Shown in pieces: positions 16,560 to 29,129 of a stretch of 64,000 nt of DNA. The DNA lies in contig NC_043009.1 of the NCBI RefSeq assembly GCF_006345805.1, positions 13,454,001 to 13,518,000 on the forward strand. The letters run 5' to 3'. Numbering within the stretch: the stretch's first letter is position 1; the number at the start of each line of letters is the position of its first letter. The notes below the pieces were generated by a model. That model was not told the DNA's origin and searched no databases. It saw only the letters and a program-made list of their open reading frames with translations. The translations under genes and the position numbers were made by a program. This DNA is from Octopus sinensis. Taxonomy: Eukaryota.

Positions 16560-16870
16560 GTTGTGACTGAAAGAATCTGGTTTTTACCAGCATCCATTAA
16601 ATCGTAAGAAGGACTTTCAAATTTTTATAGACCTAGATATCGTGATCATTTGTAGACTACAGATTAAGGATTTGCGTTCTCTGCGCAAGGTTCCTTTTCA
16701 AACATACATGCGCCAAATGGGATGGTATGTATCTTTTTGATGCAAAAATAGGCATGAAGTTGAAAGAGTAACTTGGATGCTGGATTTGCAAACTCCTCAG
16801 TGATCCACAGATGTCCTCTCCATCTTGTTATTTGTAACCATATTTGTCTCCAGAAGGCAACTCCTTTCCA
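16560..16870 (+). mobile_element. Possible RTE LINE apurinic-endonuclease relic
   Basis: Frameshifted similarity to the APE motifs DIxALSETR, GYTFFW and GVGFA, judged by eye only. Confidence 0.33.
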
Positions 16871-16985
16871 CAACAGAAAAATGTATGTATGTATATATTT
16901 AAGTATAGCGTGATTTTGTATATAGTGTGTTCTGACTAAAATTGGCGATTTTTATAACTCCTGTTTTCACGAACAACTTGTTATA

Positions 16986-17442
16986 CAGTAATCCATATCG
17001 CTGTTCGCCTATCGCGCACTCAGTACATCGCGGATTTTTCTGGCTTATATAAGTAAATTCTTAATGCGGATTCCTCAGTATAACGTGGGTTTCTGCGGCC
17101 GATAGGTATTTATAATTTGTAAATTTTAATTATTTCTGTGGTAAAATAAGCAGTTTCAAGTCTACAAATTAATAAATTAATAAATAAAAATAGAGTACAG
17201 AAAAATATATTAAAAGAAAAGATGTAGTCTATCGTAGATGAGTAAACAAAGAAACGCACATACTGTGTGGAAAACGAAACTCGGGAGGCGTGTGTGTGGT
17301 ATTGTTTTATACAAATTGTTTTATACAAATTATAAAAATGATAAAAAAATATACACAGTACAGTACTGTTTCTACTTCGCGAATTTTCGCCTATCGCAGT
17401 GGAGTTGGGAACATTACACCCGCGATAGTAGAGGGATTACTG
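16986..17442. mobile_element. Tigger/pogo-like MITE (457 bp)
   Basis: TA|CAGTAATCC at the left and GGATTACTG|TA at the right, with CGC-rich subterminal motifs at both ends and a TA target duplication. Confidence 0.65.
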
Positions 17443-17509
17443 TATTGGGAAAGAATTAGAGACGTTGGGAAGCATAAAGATTAAATCTGTAGTTGAAAAA
17501 AGTTAGCTG

Positions 17510-18115
17510 ACACAGAGGACTGGAATCCATCTGAAAATTGGGAAAAGTGTTACAGGTATGATGATTTGGGCGCTGGTAATTAAATTGTCGACTGTTGCAC
17601 AATGTTTGGAGGACACTGTAAAAGTTGCATGACATGAACAGCTGTAATGAGGAGTACGAAACTTTAGCCGAAAAGAAAGTGATTGTTGTTGGGTTTGTCT
17701 ACAGTGAAGATCACATCATGCCGCTCCACGTTTTGAACAAGGACTTAGACTGAAACGGCTGAGTGGAGCTGCTGGAGACTGGTCAATTCCTGGCAGGAGG
17801 TGGTTGTTCCTGGAAGACCATATGTGGGACAGCAGGATTCATTTCCTTACCAAATCAGCTCAAAGTATCAGAAGAGGTTACTGGAAAATGTTCACAACCT
17901 CATCAGCCCCAGTTGCTAGCCTCCTAATGCCCCTGATTGTAAACCCTTCGATTACTATATGTGTGACGTGCTTTACAAAGACACCAACTCCGGGCATGCT
18001 TCCAAGATCAAGGAAGTATTCAAAGATTTTATCAGTGGCACAGTGAAGAGCTCATGCGTAGGTTCCTGGGACACCTTGAGGCCGTAGAGGAAGCTAAGCT
18101 CGGCTACTTTGAGTA
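17510..18115 (+). mobile_element. Tc1/mariner maT (DD37D-type) transposase relic
   Basis: Frameshifted peptides HIMPLHV(F)EQGLRL, GRPYV.QQDS and PPNAPDCKPFDYYMC; same family as 23351-24213. Confidence 0.75.
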
Positions 18116-18309
18116 AACTGTTATCTTCCAGCAGTAATGTAATCGATATTCATTGATTTTTTAAAAATACATTTATCTTTTTATATATTATTGTTTATTC
18201 ATTTCCTTTTATGTCAGCAATGAAATTTAGACAGAACACCGTTATATAAATGTATATAACAGTATATGAGTGTGAATATATAATGAATATATATATATAT
18301 ATATATAAA

Positions 18310-18677
18310 TTAACAATTAAAAATGAGGGTGTCTAAAAGACACCAACATGCCGAAATAGCAGTCGAAACTCTGACTATAAAACCACGTTAAATGTTCATA
18401 TCGCACCATGAGGTAAAGCGGAGGGACAAAACATACAAGCAAAAATTATTGAATTTATGTACCCTTGATATATTCAATTGATGACGGTAAAGCTTATTTA
18501 AAGCAGAACCAGAAATCCTTGGATCTTGAATTATTCAATAATTTTTGCTTGTATGTTTTGTCCCTCCGCTTTACCTCATGGTGCGATATGAACATTTAAC
18601 GTGGTTTTATAGTCAGAGTTTCGACTGCTATTTCGGCATGTTGGTGTCTTTTAGACACCCTCATTTTTAATTGTTAA
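18310..18677. repeat. Perfect 145-bp inverted repeat with 78-bp spacer
   Basis: Arms 18310-18454 and 18533-18677 are reverse complements with no mismatch found by eye. Confidence 0.9.
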
Positions 18678-18764
18678 AATTTTTTTACCTCTGTAAGGTA
18701 TTTCTTTCATGCTGGCCACTTGATAATTTCGACACTTAAATATCGATATTATCCTCATATATAA

Positions 18765-18827
<63 letters not shown>

Positions 18828-18829
18828 CT

Positions 18830-19037
18830 ACTATAGACACAAGGCCCGAAATTTTTATGGAGGGGGCCAGTTGATTAAATCGACCCAGTACGTAACTGGT
18901 ACTTAATTTATCGACCCGAAAGGATAAAAAGCAAAGTCGACCTCGGCCGGAATTTGAACTTAGAACGTAAAGTAGGACGAAATACCGCGAAGCATTTCGA
19001 TCGCCCGACATGCAACCGTTTCTGCTAGCTCGCCTTA
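18830..19037 (-). mobile_element. tRNA-derived SINE, family 1 (tail C), full length
   Basis: Minus strand head AAGGCGAGCTAGCAGAAACGG, B-box GTTCAAATTCC, shared core and a distinct tail GGCCCCCTCCATAAAAATTTCGGGCCTTGTG. Confidence 0.85.
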
Positions 19038-19068
19038 CTTATATTTATAATTATATATATAATTATAA

Positions 19069-19114
<46 letters not shown>

Positions 19115-20384
19115 CATTATAACAATAAGGGTTTTTGCATCAAGTTGCTTAACCACATACCGAAAATTTTTGAAATAGCAGCCAGAGGACTACTATTTCC
19201 TTTTACTACAAAAATATGTCTCCACAGACAACAATATTTGTAACTTACATACGGCAAAAAAAGAAGAAAAATAATGAAATCAGTCTTCGGTTAATTATGG
19301 ACGCACGTTTCTGGATTAGAATCATAAGACTCATTTCCTTCATCGACATAATATTCCTATAAATCTAGAAAAGCTACGAAAACTTACCTCGTATATTTCC
19401 GATCAAGCGACATCAGAACATATAAAAGCTAATCAGCATATCCACATTTATATAGACAAGTGAATTCGTATTTCCCTCCAGAATTTTTACCACGTGAGTC
19501 ACAAAATAGTACTGCCAAAAAAAGATTCGTAGTTTTGTCGTAGGGGAGTAAAATAATCATTACAAACTACGAATATCTCACCCTATATTTGTAATGTATA
19601 TATATATATATATAAAATTATAATTATAAATAAGGCGAGCTAGCAGAAACGTTACATACATACATACATACTTGTAAATCAAACCAAGGAATAAAGCATT
19701 TCCTTCAAAGGGATGGAAAACACCCAATTTTCACTAGTACGTCAGGTGAATACCACAGCTAAAATGGTATATTTACAATATTAAAGGAAATAGACGAATA
19801 CAATTGACATGTTAAAATATATTTACATTCTAATATAAAAAGAGATAATATAACAAATAATTAAAACAAATATAAATCCAATTATTTGTTTCGACTTAGT
19901 GAATTTATAAAAACTCACATTTATGCCTCTGAGTCGAAACAAGTTGTTCAATGCATATTTTTTTAATCCTTTTTCATATTACATTCTATCATTTTATAGT
20001 ATATAATTATTTAATCCTTTTTCATATTACATTATATCATTTTATAGTATCATTATATTATATAATAATGTCAATTGTATGTCTGTATTTCATTTAATAT
20101 TTACGCACAGACACACACACACAGACACACACACACATGTCTATATACATTTAGTAAGTTATACTTATGTTAGCGATCCAACATTTCATCTGTGCATTTG
20201 AATATAAGTTTACAATAATATATGTGTATGAGTGTTAAAGCAGTATAATTTAATGTTATGCCAATCAGTTCTACATTATACCACTCAGATAATGTGAATA
20301 CATACATACATACATAAATACATTGGTATGTATTTATGTATTTATATATGTATATATTTATATATATCTTTTACTCTCTCTTTA

Positions 20385-20710
20385 ATCTTTTACTTGTTTC
20401 AGTCATTTGACTGCGGCCATGCTGGAGCACCGCCTTTAGTCGAGTAAATCGACCCCAGCACTTATTCTTTGTAAGTCTAGTACTTATTCTATCGGTCTCT
20501 TTTGCCAAACCACTAAGTTATGGGGACATGAACACACCAGCATCGGTTGTCAAGCGATGTTGGGGGGACAATCACAGACACACACACACAACACACACAC
20601 ACACACATATATATATACATATACACGACATGCTTCTTTCAGTTTCCGTCTACCAAATCCACTCACAAGGCTTTGGTCGTCCCGAGGCTATAGTAGAAGA
20701 CACTTGCCCA
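20385..20710 (-). mobile_element. SINE family 2 with internal (CA)/(TA) tract, head truncated
   Basis: Plus strand TTACTTGTTTCAGTCATTTGACTGCGGCCATGCTGGAGCACCGCC...TTCAGTTTCCGTCTACCAAATCCACTCACAAGGC...AGAAGACACTTGCCC, recognised as an abundant octopus SINE. Fragments also at ~3005-3025 and ~30222-30265. Confidence 0.75.
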
Positions 20711-20724
20711 TGAAACAAAGTGAA

Positions 20725-21510
20725 TATTGCATGTGATGCTTTTAATCTACCAACCTCCAGGAGTTCGAATGGCAGTCCACATCGGCCTTTCGGTCAACTA
20801 GTTGTTATCGGTTTGAGCACAATTTTCACCTCATCATAAGATGGTTATGTAACCACTGGGAATTTTTTATTATTGAAGAAGAATCTCTTTAACATTATCA
20901 CTGACGTCTGATTTATTCTCAAATAAATGATCGAAGTGTTCTTGCCAGTGCTGCCGGATTACCTCCATATCTTTGCTGATAGTAGTGTTGTTCATGGACT
21001 TCAGGCGAACTACAAGAAAGTGTAGAAAGACTGCATTAAAGGCGACCTAAAAGAAATCCATGTAAATAAGTACGAAGAACTAACTTTGGACAGATCTGAG
21101 TCAAGGAAGTATATAAGAGAAGCTTTTGTTGAGGGTCGCCTTGATTATGGAAACTTAAAACGCAGATATCGAGTAGGGATGTTTCAACCGCAATGAGTAC
21201 ATAAATAGTTCAAAGTGCGAAACATCTGACCATGTATTACTGTCCAAGGCTGGATATGTCAACTATTTGAAGTCTCATGAAAGCACAACTGTATACAACG
21301 TTCTTGCTACTTGACCGGATTCGGCGTATTTAGTGTGTGAAAGAGGGTGCAACTCGATTTCGGCCCAGAAGAAGCACGGATGTTCACAGTAGCCATTACT
21401 CACAAAATGAGCAGATTGATACAATGCAAGTTACAACAGTCATCTTTACACCTTTGCTTCAAACTATGCAGGTCTGCACTTGAATAGAATAGTCGCTTGA
21501 GTGATCAAAG
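20725..21510 (+). mobile_element. RTE-clade LINE 3' relic with an inverted upstream segment and C-terminal C2H2-like fingers
   Basis: Plus strand KDCIKGDLKEIHVNKYEELTLDRSESRKYIREA (21026-21123), then decayed finger-like peptides. Minus strand 20735-20845 reads PSYDEVKIVLK..PKGRCGLPFELLEVG (RT-proximal KAPGPDGIPAE motif). Confidence 0.6.
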
Positions 21511-21582
21511 ACATTTTATTTTAAATGCCATTGACAAAGGGGAAATTTAGAGCGATGAAGTAAATATATATATATATATATA

Positions 21583-21846
21583 TTGGTAAAAACGCTAAGA
21601 TAACAAAAGAAAGAAAGAGACCTCAATATTATGTAAATAGAGGAAATTCATCTGTAAAATAATATGCGACAATTATTCAATAGCCAAGTTAAAACTCTGA
21701 GTTTCCGATGCCGAGGTGGAAATCCACAACACCATCTCTTCGGTTATCTGGCCTGATAACCAAAGAGATGGTGTTGTGGATTTCCACCTCGGCATCCGAA
21801 ACTCAGAGTTTTAACTTGGCTATTGAATAATTGTCACATATTATTT
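21583..21846. mobile_element. PLE-type terminal repeat with an inverted partial copy (190-bp palindrome); two hammerhead-like motifs with mutated cores
   Basis: Arms 21657-21748 and 21755-21846 (92 bp, 3 mismatches, 6-nt loop). Homologous to 31148-31315. Cores read CCGAAGA (minus strand) and CCAAAGA (plus strand). Confidence 0.75.
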
Positions 21847-21847
21847 G

Positions 21848-21927
<80 letters not shown>

Positions 21928-21949
21928 ATACATATATACAAACATTCTC

Positions 21950-22310
21950 TATCCAGATTACGAGTTCAAGTTTACACCTGTAATTACTGTGGTACCGGAT
22001 ATGTATCACACTGCCTAAATAGCGATCTTGGGAAATTAGACTTCTGAAAACTAGAAAGGAGAAAGCTAATTCGAAGACTACAGATCCAAGCTATCAGGAG
22101 ACTGTAGAGATCTGTGAAACTTTCCAGAAGTTTATTATTTAAGTTTACATGAGCATGACTAGACATGCAACTATATGCATAAGAATATATACATAAACAA
22201 AACTTGTAAATATGCACATATACATACACACATGCAAAAATACCCTGTTGATGTTGAAATTCTAAAGAAGGAGACATGGATCTAGGTTTGAAACCGGCTC
22301 TTTCCCTGAA
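21950..22310 (+). mobile_element. 3' end of an RLE-type LINE
   Basis: Peptide GYVSHCLNSDLGKLDF*KLERRKLIRRLQIQ plus 3' UTR; homologous to the minus-strand copy at 49815-50200. Confidence 0.7.
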
Positions 22311-23211
22311 GAATGCGTTCACGAATACTACACTGGTTCAAACTTCGGTGAACCATTCGAACGAATTATATGATTGGCAGGCTTGTGTGTTCTGTTTTCT
22401 TTTCAGGTGGCAAAGATTTATCATTATAGCTTGCTTTTACTCATGTATTCTCCAGTGGTTAGAACGTTCACACTTAAAGCAATTATAATCTACGTTTCTC
22501 GTTTCTGCTTTTTGTGTGTAATTCGATTCTTTCAAAAATGAGACGTGTGTCCATCACATCGTGGTTGACTGGTTCACCGGTTCAGAGAGCGTTGACAGAG
22601 GAAACATATAACGAGATCGAAACAGTACAGTGTCTCGAAGTTTGTTTTGACGGTGAATCGGTATTGTGAACAGATGTCACCTAAAGAGAGGAGACGTTCT
22701 CCTGTTACGAAAAAAAACAGTGGTTCGAATCTGCCATAACGAATTTAAAATGAACAGAAGCGTTATAGTTTAGAACCTCGCTCTCCCGCATGCACTTATG
22801 ACTTGTATAAATAACGTTGAGGCCAAAGTGACAATTGAAATTTTTCAGTATACTGCCATTTTAGAATGAAGCTTTTGTAGTTGAATAAATAATCCTCAGA
22901 GCAATCTTATAAAACGAATGAAAATAACTATAGTGAAACATGCCAAAAAAATTGAGGAGAGTTGTATCGCTCTAATTTAAAGCACATCAGTCACATATAA
23001 CTCTCAGCTACAATAATGACAACACTTGATCTGTTAAAGTATTTGAGTAAAATAATATTAACGTGTCCGACCGATTAAAATTCTATTTATTTGTGCAGCT
23101 GATGATAGCCCAACATTTAAATTGATGGAATGATTGCATTGCTCAATTAAATGTGGCCGCTTGAAACGGTCGTATTGCATCACTTCTTGATATCCTGTAG
23201 CTTATTATGAT

Positions 23212-23336
<125 letters not shown>

Positions 23337-23350
23337 TATATATATACACA

Positions 23351-24213
23351 CAAGGTGCGGTGAATAAATTGTCGTCTAAATTTCGCATAAATGAAAATTA
23401 CCCTGACATCTTATTTTAACAGGTATATTTAACAAAACTACATAAAAATATCTTGAATTACTAAAGAGTAGATTTATTCAATAAAATCACCACTGGCTTC
23501 AATCACGGCCTGCAGACGACTTCGGAATCTCCTGAAACTCTTCTGGAAGGTCTCCTTTTTTAAGCTGGTGAATGCTGCCATAGTCCTTGACTTCAGTTCA
23601 TCTTTGGTGTTACAAAGAGTTTTGTTGCTCTCTCGCTGAACTGCGCCCGACACATAATTATTAAAGGCTTTGCAGTCTGGAGAGTTAGGTATCCAAATGT
23701 TAGAGGTGATGTGGTGGCAGAAATCGTCTGACATCCCTGACTGGCTCCTCCAGCTTGTGTGGAATGGTGCAGAGTCCTGTTGCCAGGCGTGGGATCTTAC
23801 AGCAGCCATCTTCTTGACCCAGAGCAGCACTACCTCTTCCAGTAATTGACGTAGGCCTCCGTGTTGAGTCTGAGGCTGTGTGGGAAGATCAATGGGGGCA
23901 TAACGTTGCCATCACTAGTGATCCCTCCAAATACCATAATGTTGACTAGATGTTTGGTTTTAATAACTCTCGGTATACGCTTTGGGGACACGGCAATCCA
24001 ATGTTTGTTCTGTGTGTTCACCATTTGTTCGTGCTGGGGCTTCTGGCGCGATTGCCAAGCAGTACAGAATGCTGTTTCCAAATTTCTGGCAGAGTTAATT
24101 GCGTGGTGATACTCAACTGACCCTACTATACTTTATAATCGACAAAATCAAAAGTAATGCCAATGTGCGAAACTAAGAATAGAGAGTGGCGGCAATTTAC
24201 CCGCCGTACCTTG
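23351..24213 (-). mobile_element. Internally deleted maT (DD37D) Tc1/mariner transposon, 863 bp
   Basis: 26-bp TIRs CAAGGTGCGGTGAATAAATTGTCGTC / CAAGGTACGGCGGGTAAATTGCCGCC (6 transitions). ORFs 23830-24081 and 23474-23830 give MVFGGITSDGNVMPP and WQQDSAPFHTS...PNSPDCKAFNNY, with 37 residues from the D to the (D>N) position. Confidence 0.9.
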
Positions 24214-24298
<85 letters not shown>

Positions 24299-24300
24299 TA

Positions 24301-24850
24301 CAGGGTCAGGCAAAAGGATCTGACACATTTGTAGGTTAAATAAAAGGCATTGTTTTTCGTTTCTTTTTCAGTTGCTGCCATGAATTGGACTGGTGAGCAT
24401 CGCGCTTTCATTGTGGAAACGTTTATCAAAACAAACGATTCTGTAACTGCAAGACAAAGAGCGTTCCATTTGCACTTCAATCTTGGTAGACATGATCCCG
24501 TACCAGCTCGAAACACGATCTTGTTATGGGTTACCAACTTCCGAGCTACTGGATCTGCATTGAAACGAAAATCAACCGGCCGACCTCACACCGCCAGAAC
24601 CTAAAGATGCAATTCGTCAAGAAATTACTGCCATTCGACATGAAATGACCCGCCAAGTTATTGACAACTTTCGTGAACGCCTTCGACAGTGTGTGGACAA
24701 TAATCGATCCCATATGACTGATTTAATTTTTAAAACATAATGAAACAAAATGGCATTATATGTACTTTTCAAAAATAAAACACTTGTTTCTTTACTTCAT
24801 TTGCCTTTTATTTAACCTACAAATGTGTCAGATACTTTTGCCTGACCCTG
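24301..24850 (+). mobile_element. Internally deleted mariner-like element (DUF4817-type HTH), 550 bp
   Basis: 49-bp TIRs with 1 mismatch (CAGGGTCAGGCAAAAG...), TA on both sides. N-terminal HTH MNWTGEHRAFIVETFIKTNDSVTA is fused directly to the C-terminal KDAIRQEITAI...HMTDLIFKT*; the catalytic domain is missing. Confidence 0.9.
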
Positions 24851-24852
24851 TA

Positions 24853-24937
<85 letters not shown>

Positions 24938-25121
24938 TCCAAAATCACAAGAAAATGGAGATTCATGATTGACATATTTTAAATATAACTTATTAACATA
25001 ATACTTTATTACCATAGATATGATATAATATAATATGAATAGAAATACAAATATTAAAGTTACAAATTATTTCGATTCATACCCAATAATGAATATATAA
25101 AAAATTCATATTTATGGGTAT

Positions 25122-25209
<88 letters not shown>

Positions 25210-25928
25210 GTAGGTGAGTGTTTGTATGTCTGTATCTGTTGAACAAGTTTCTGATCGTCTCGTCACTTATGTAAAAGATAACTATGATATAGTTATGAAG
25301 TTCGCAGTTTTATTTGTAGTATTTGAAATGAAACTAGCATATGTGTTTGCGGTAGAGGTTATCCTTAGCACCTGCAGAGATTTTATCGCCCGATTTTTTA
25401 AATTAATTGTTAGATATACCTGTAGGAGTCATGACTTCGCCTAATAATTGGCCGCGTTGTTTGTGGCGTTAATGCACTCGATACAAATCTTGTTTAATTG
25501 TTTGAAATTCTATATAGCATGGATGTAATGTCCATTAGAGTTAACCTGTCTTGTTTTGTCTTGTGCAGGGGGGAAAAGTAACAAAATATATATGGAACTG
25601 ATGATGCATAAATATAAAGGTCGTATTTCAAATACCATCCTAAAAGTGGACACATATCTGAGTCACCTGGTATATGACAGTGAAAAAGCACTTACCGTCT
25701 TGAGATGTAGACGAATACAGAAAGATTATACTTGTAGAAGATATACGGAAGACTTCGAGGAAGGATAAAAAAATACCCAGAGCCAATGAAATTCCAACAG
25801 TTGTGTATTAAATGCATAACACATTCACATCCCCGAGCGCGTGCACGCAGACACACAATCGCACATACACACACTCACGAGCACACATACACACATATAT
25901 TATAGAAATATATCAGCTTATGTGTGTG

Positions 25929-25960
<32 letters not shown>

Positions 25961-26086
25961 ACACGCATACAAACATGTATATATTTGCATATACACATAC
26001 ACACTTACATATATATATACATACACACACACATATATGTGTGTGTGTATGTATGCATACTTATTACTTCTCTCTCTCTCTTTCTC

Positions 26087-26172
<86 letters not shown>

Positions 26173-26689
26173 GGAAAATTATAGTTGAAAATGTGCTGAG
26201 AAAAGTTAAAACATTTCTGATTATTATATTTATAGTTTTAACCAGTTTCACAACTTACATTGAAATAGACAGGCGTGGCTCATGTCGCGGTTGTCTTTCC
26301 TCTGACTAGTGTTTGCAGCTTGGCCTATTTTAATAGGGAGATCATGGCTCAAATTAGCATGTTTTGAATAGGATTTGATTGGTAGAGGTTAGTCACATGA
26401 CTGGTCTGTGTGTTAGTATCAAGTGACAATGTTTGTTTAGTACTGCCGGTAGAACTGTTCAGTCAACCATATCAGCCTTAAAATTTTTTAACACCAGTGT
26501 TGTGACTATTCTCTGGTAATAAAATCCTATTTAAAACATATTGTAAGTTCCATAGTCTTTTCAAATGGCTAATAATGTGTGCGCATACCACTACTACACA
26601 CATTGGAAAGCATTGTACAACCAAGTACTAAAGAAGATCTTTCCTCCTCCATGAAACAAAGCTGTTCCCGCTGGACATCAACCCAGTAT

Positions 26690-27003
26690 TTCTAAACTAC
26701 GGACCGAGGGATTTATTGTAACGTTATCTCCCTAGACAGATTGCCTTCACTACGGCTAAGGAGCCCTTTCTACCCCACTGACAGAGGTTGTACTGGTTTA
26801 CAGTTTACCAGTAGCAGGATCTGATGCTGCATACATCGGACCTGACATGATACCGGAGGGCGCACACTCTCCTACCCTGATGTAATCTCCAGGGATACAG
26901 GCATCCGGCAACAGGACCTCCGTAATGCTTTGATGGACCGTGAAGTCTGGCGTAACATAGTAAATTCCATTGTCTCGACCACGGTCGAACAATGATGATG
27001 ATA
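26690..27003 (+). mobile_element. Short RTE-derived element (putative 5'-UTR motif plus 3' end)
   Basis: C-terminal peptide GGRTLSYPDVISRDTGIRQQDLRNALMDREVWRNIVNSIVSTTVEQ* (26855-26995) with a (TGA)n tail. Upstream TCTCCCTAGACAGATTGCC..GGCTAAGGAGCCC resembles an RTE 5'-UTR motif (from memory). Confidence 0.65.
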
Positions 27004-27322
27004 AAACATATACTAATTTGAGCCATGAACTCCTTGTAAATATAGTGCAAACTTCAAACACTGGTCGGAAACAAGAGAGCTGTGACATAAGCCACGTCTT
27101 TCTATTTGAACTTTTTGAAAATCAGTGTAGACAGTGAAACCGGTAAAAGCTTTAAAGGTGATAATAAAAAAATATTTCAAATATACTCAGTGTATTATAA
27201 ACTTCTAATTTTCCCTATATTTCTACTCGTGTGGAACAGAATAACTATGTTTTGTGTGTGTGTGTGTGTGTGTGAGTGCGTGTGTGTGTGTATGTATGTA
27301 TGTATGTATCTATCTATCTATA

Positions 27323-27372
<50 letters not shown>

Positions 27373-27391
27373 ATATAATATATATATATAC

Positions 27392-27439
<48 letters not shown>

Positions 27440-28000
27440 ATCTATATATATATATATAAAATATATATATGCTTCATATATATTCATACATATGAAGAAT
27501 GATAGCAATCGAGATATATGATGACAGTGTCTTTGCATAAGAACGAAATACAAGTCAATTCTAATCATGTTCATATAAAATTGTACAAAATTATGTGAAT
27601 AATATTATGTATGTATGTGAATGTCCTCACATACTTATGCCTCTGTGTGTATATGAGATTGCATGCATGCAGGCATACATGAACAGATATATGTATAATC
27701 ATATGGATATACATATACGTACATGTACATGTATATATATACACTCACTCGTATAGAAGATGATCAAAAATATGTTTATATGCCTGTTTATGTGTATGTG
27801 GGTGTGCCGTGGAAAACTAACAAATACAAGAAACAAGTAATGCTATGTACATCTAAAAGGTACAGATGAAAAACATATGAAAGCAAAAGTAGTTTCTGTT
27901 AAGAATTTCGCTTGGCAACCATGTTATTCTCTAATCGCAGATTCTGGGATATTATTTGCCATGAACAATAATATCATTATCAGAATACTACCTTTGGAGT

Positions 28001-28387
28001 GGAGGCGCAATGGCCCAGTGGTTAGGGCAGCGGACTCGCGGTCATAGGATCGCGGTTTCTATTCCCAGACCGGGCGTTGTGAGTGTTTGTTGAGCGAAAA
28101 CGCCTAAAAAGCTCCGCGAGGCTCCGGCAGGGGATGGTGGTGATCCCTGCTGTACTCTTTCACCACAACTTTCTCTCACTCTTACTTCCTGTTTCTGTTG
28201 TACCTGTATTTCAAGGGGCCGGCCTTGTCACTCTCTGTGTCACGCTGAATATCCCCGAGAACTACGTTAAGGGTACACGTGTCTGCGGAGTGCCCAGCCA
28301 CTTACACGTTAAATTCACGAGCAGGCTGTTCCGTTGATTCGGATCAACCGGAACCCTCATCGTCATAACCGACGGAGTGCTTCCACC
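28001..28387 (+). mobile_element. tRNA-derived SINE, family 3, full length
   Basis: A-box TGGCCCAGTGG (28011-28021) and B-box-like GGTTTCTATTCC (28054-28065), followed by a non-tRNA body and tail. No acceptor stem. Confidence 0.85.
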
Positions 28388-29129
28388 ACTACCTTTTAAG
28401 TGGAACTTGGGCAACACGAATAGAACAGGGACACATTTCATGTTCGTGTCCTCATAAATGTACGCTAATATATATATACATATATCATGCATATACAGAT
28501 GCGTCATGTGACCATACACACATAGAAATATTCATACATATATACGTTCATGCGTGTGTAGCTGTATATAATCTAGTTCAGAATATAACTGGAAATTTAG
28601 TTTACATTTTTATCACAACCTCGGAAATTACATAATAGTTACCCGTGTTTCAATTCCGAGTGCTAGTAGGTTATGCAGTAATCCTTACGTAGACATTGAG
28701 AAACTAGATCTTCAGAAGAAAGTATTTTAATCTATTAGTATTTACCAACTTGAGTCAGCTCTTAATGATACATTTAAATTTCGCGTCAATTTTGGTGGAC
28801 ATTCTATATATAGCAGATAAGAAAGAACAGTTATCTGTATTTTATCTATGATTTAAAAACAAAAAGTAATGAGAACCAGCAGGATGTCTATGATAAACGT
28901 ACTTTCAAGGCTTAAACTGTCATATATGAATAAAAGTTCCAATTTTACAATGATAATGGTGTAGAAGTTACGTGTAGAGTTAAGGATGATAGAATTTAGT
29001 TAGCAAGAAACAGCTGCACACACACATACACACACACACACATTATCATTATTTTAATGATAAGAACTGCTGGTGCTGATATATTTCGATATGTCGTTTA
29101 CTAGGCGTACAGTATTATCACATTTATAT

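Noticed and set aside
18330-18385. CTAAAA-GAC..GTC-GAAA-CTC-T-GAC resembling a hammerhead inside the perfect inverted repeat
   Set aside because: G5 and G8 are absent and there is no stem I, so it cannot be supported as a ribozyme.
22681-22720. CTAAAGA-GAGGAG..CTCCT..CGAAA hammerhead-like motif
   Set aside because: G5 is mutated, stem II is out of register with GAAA, and there is no NUH or stem III.
28001-28075. tRNA-like sequence (also 61650-61725 and the heads of family-1 SINEs)
   Set aside because: A and B boxes are present, but there is no acceptor stem or cloverleaf and each continues into a SINE body.
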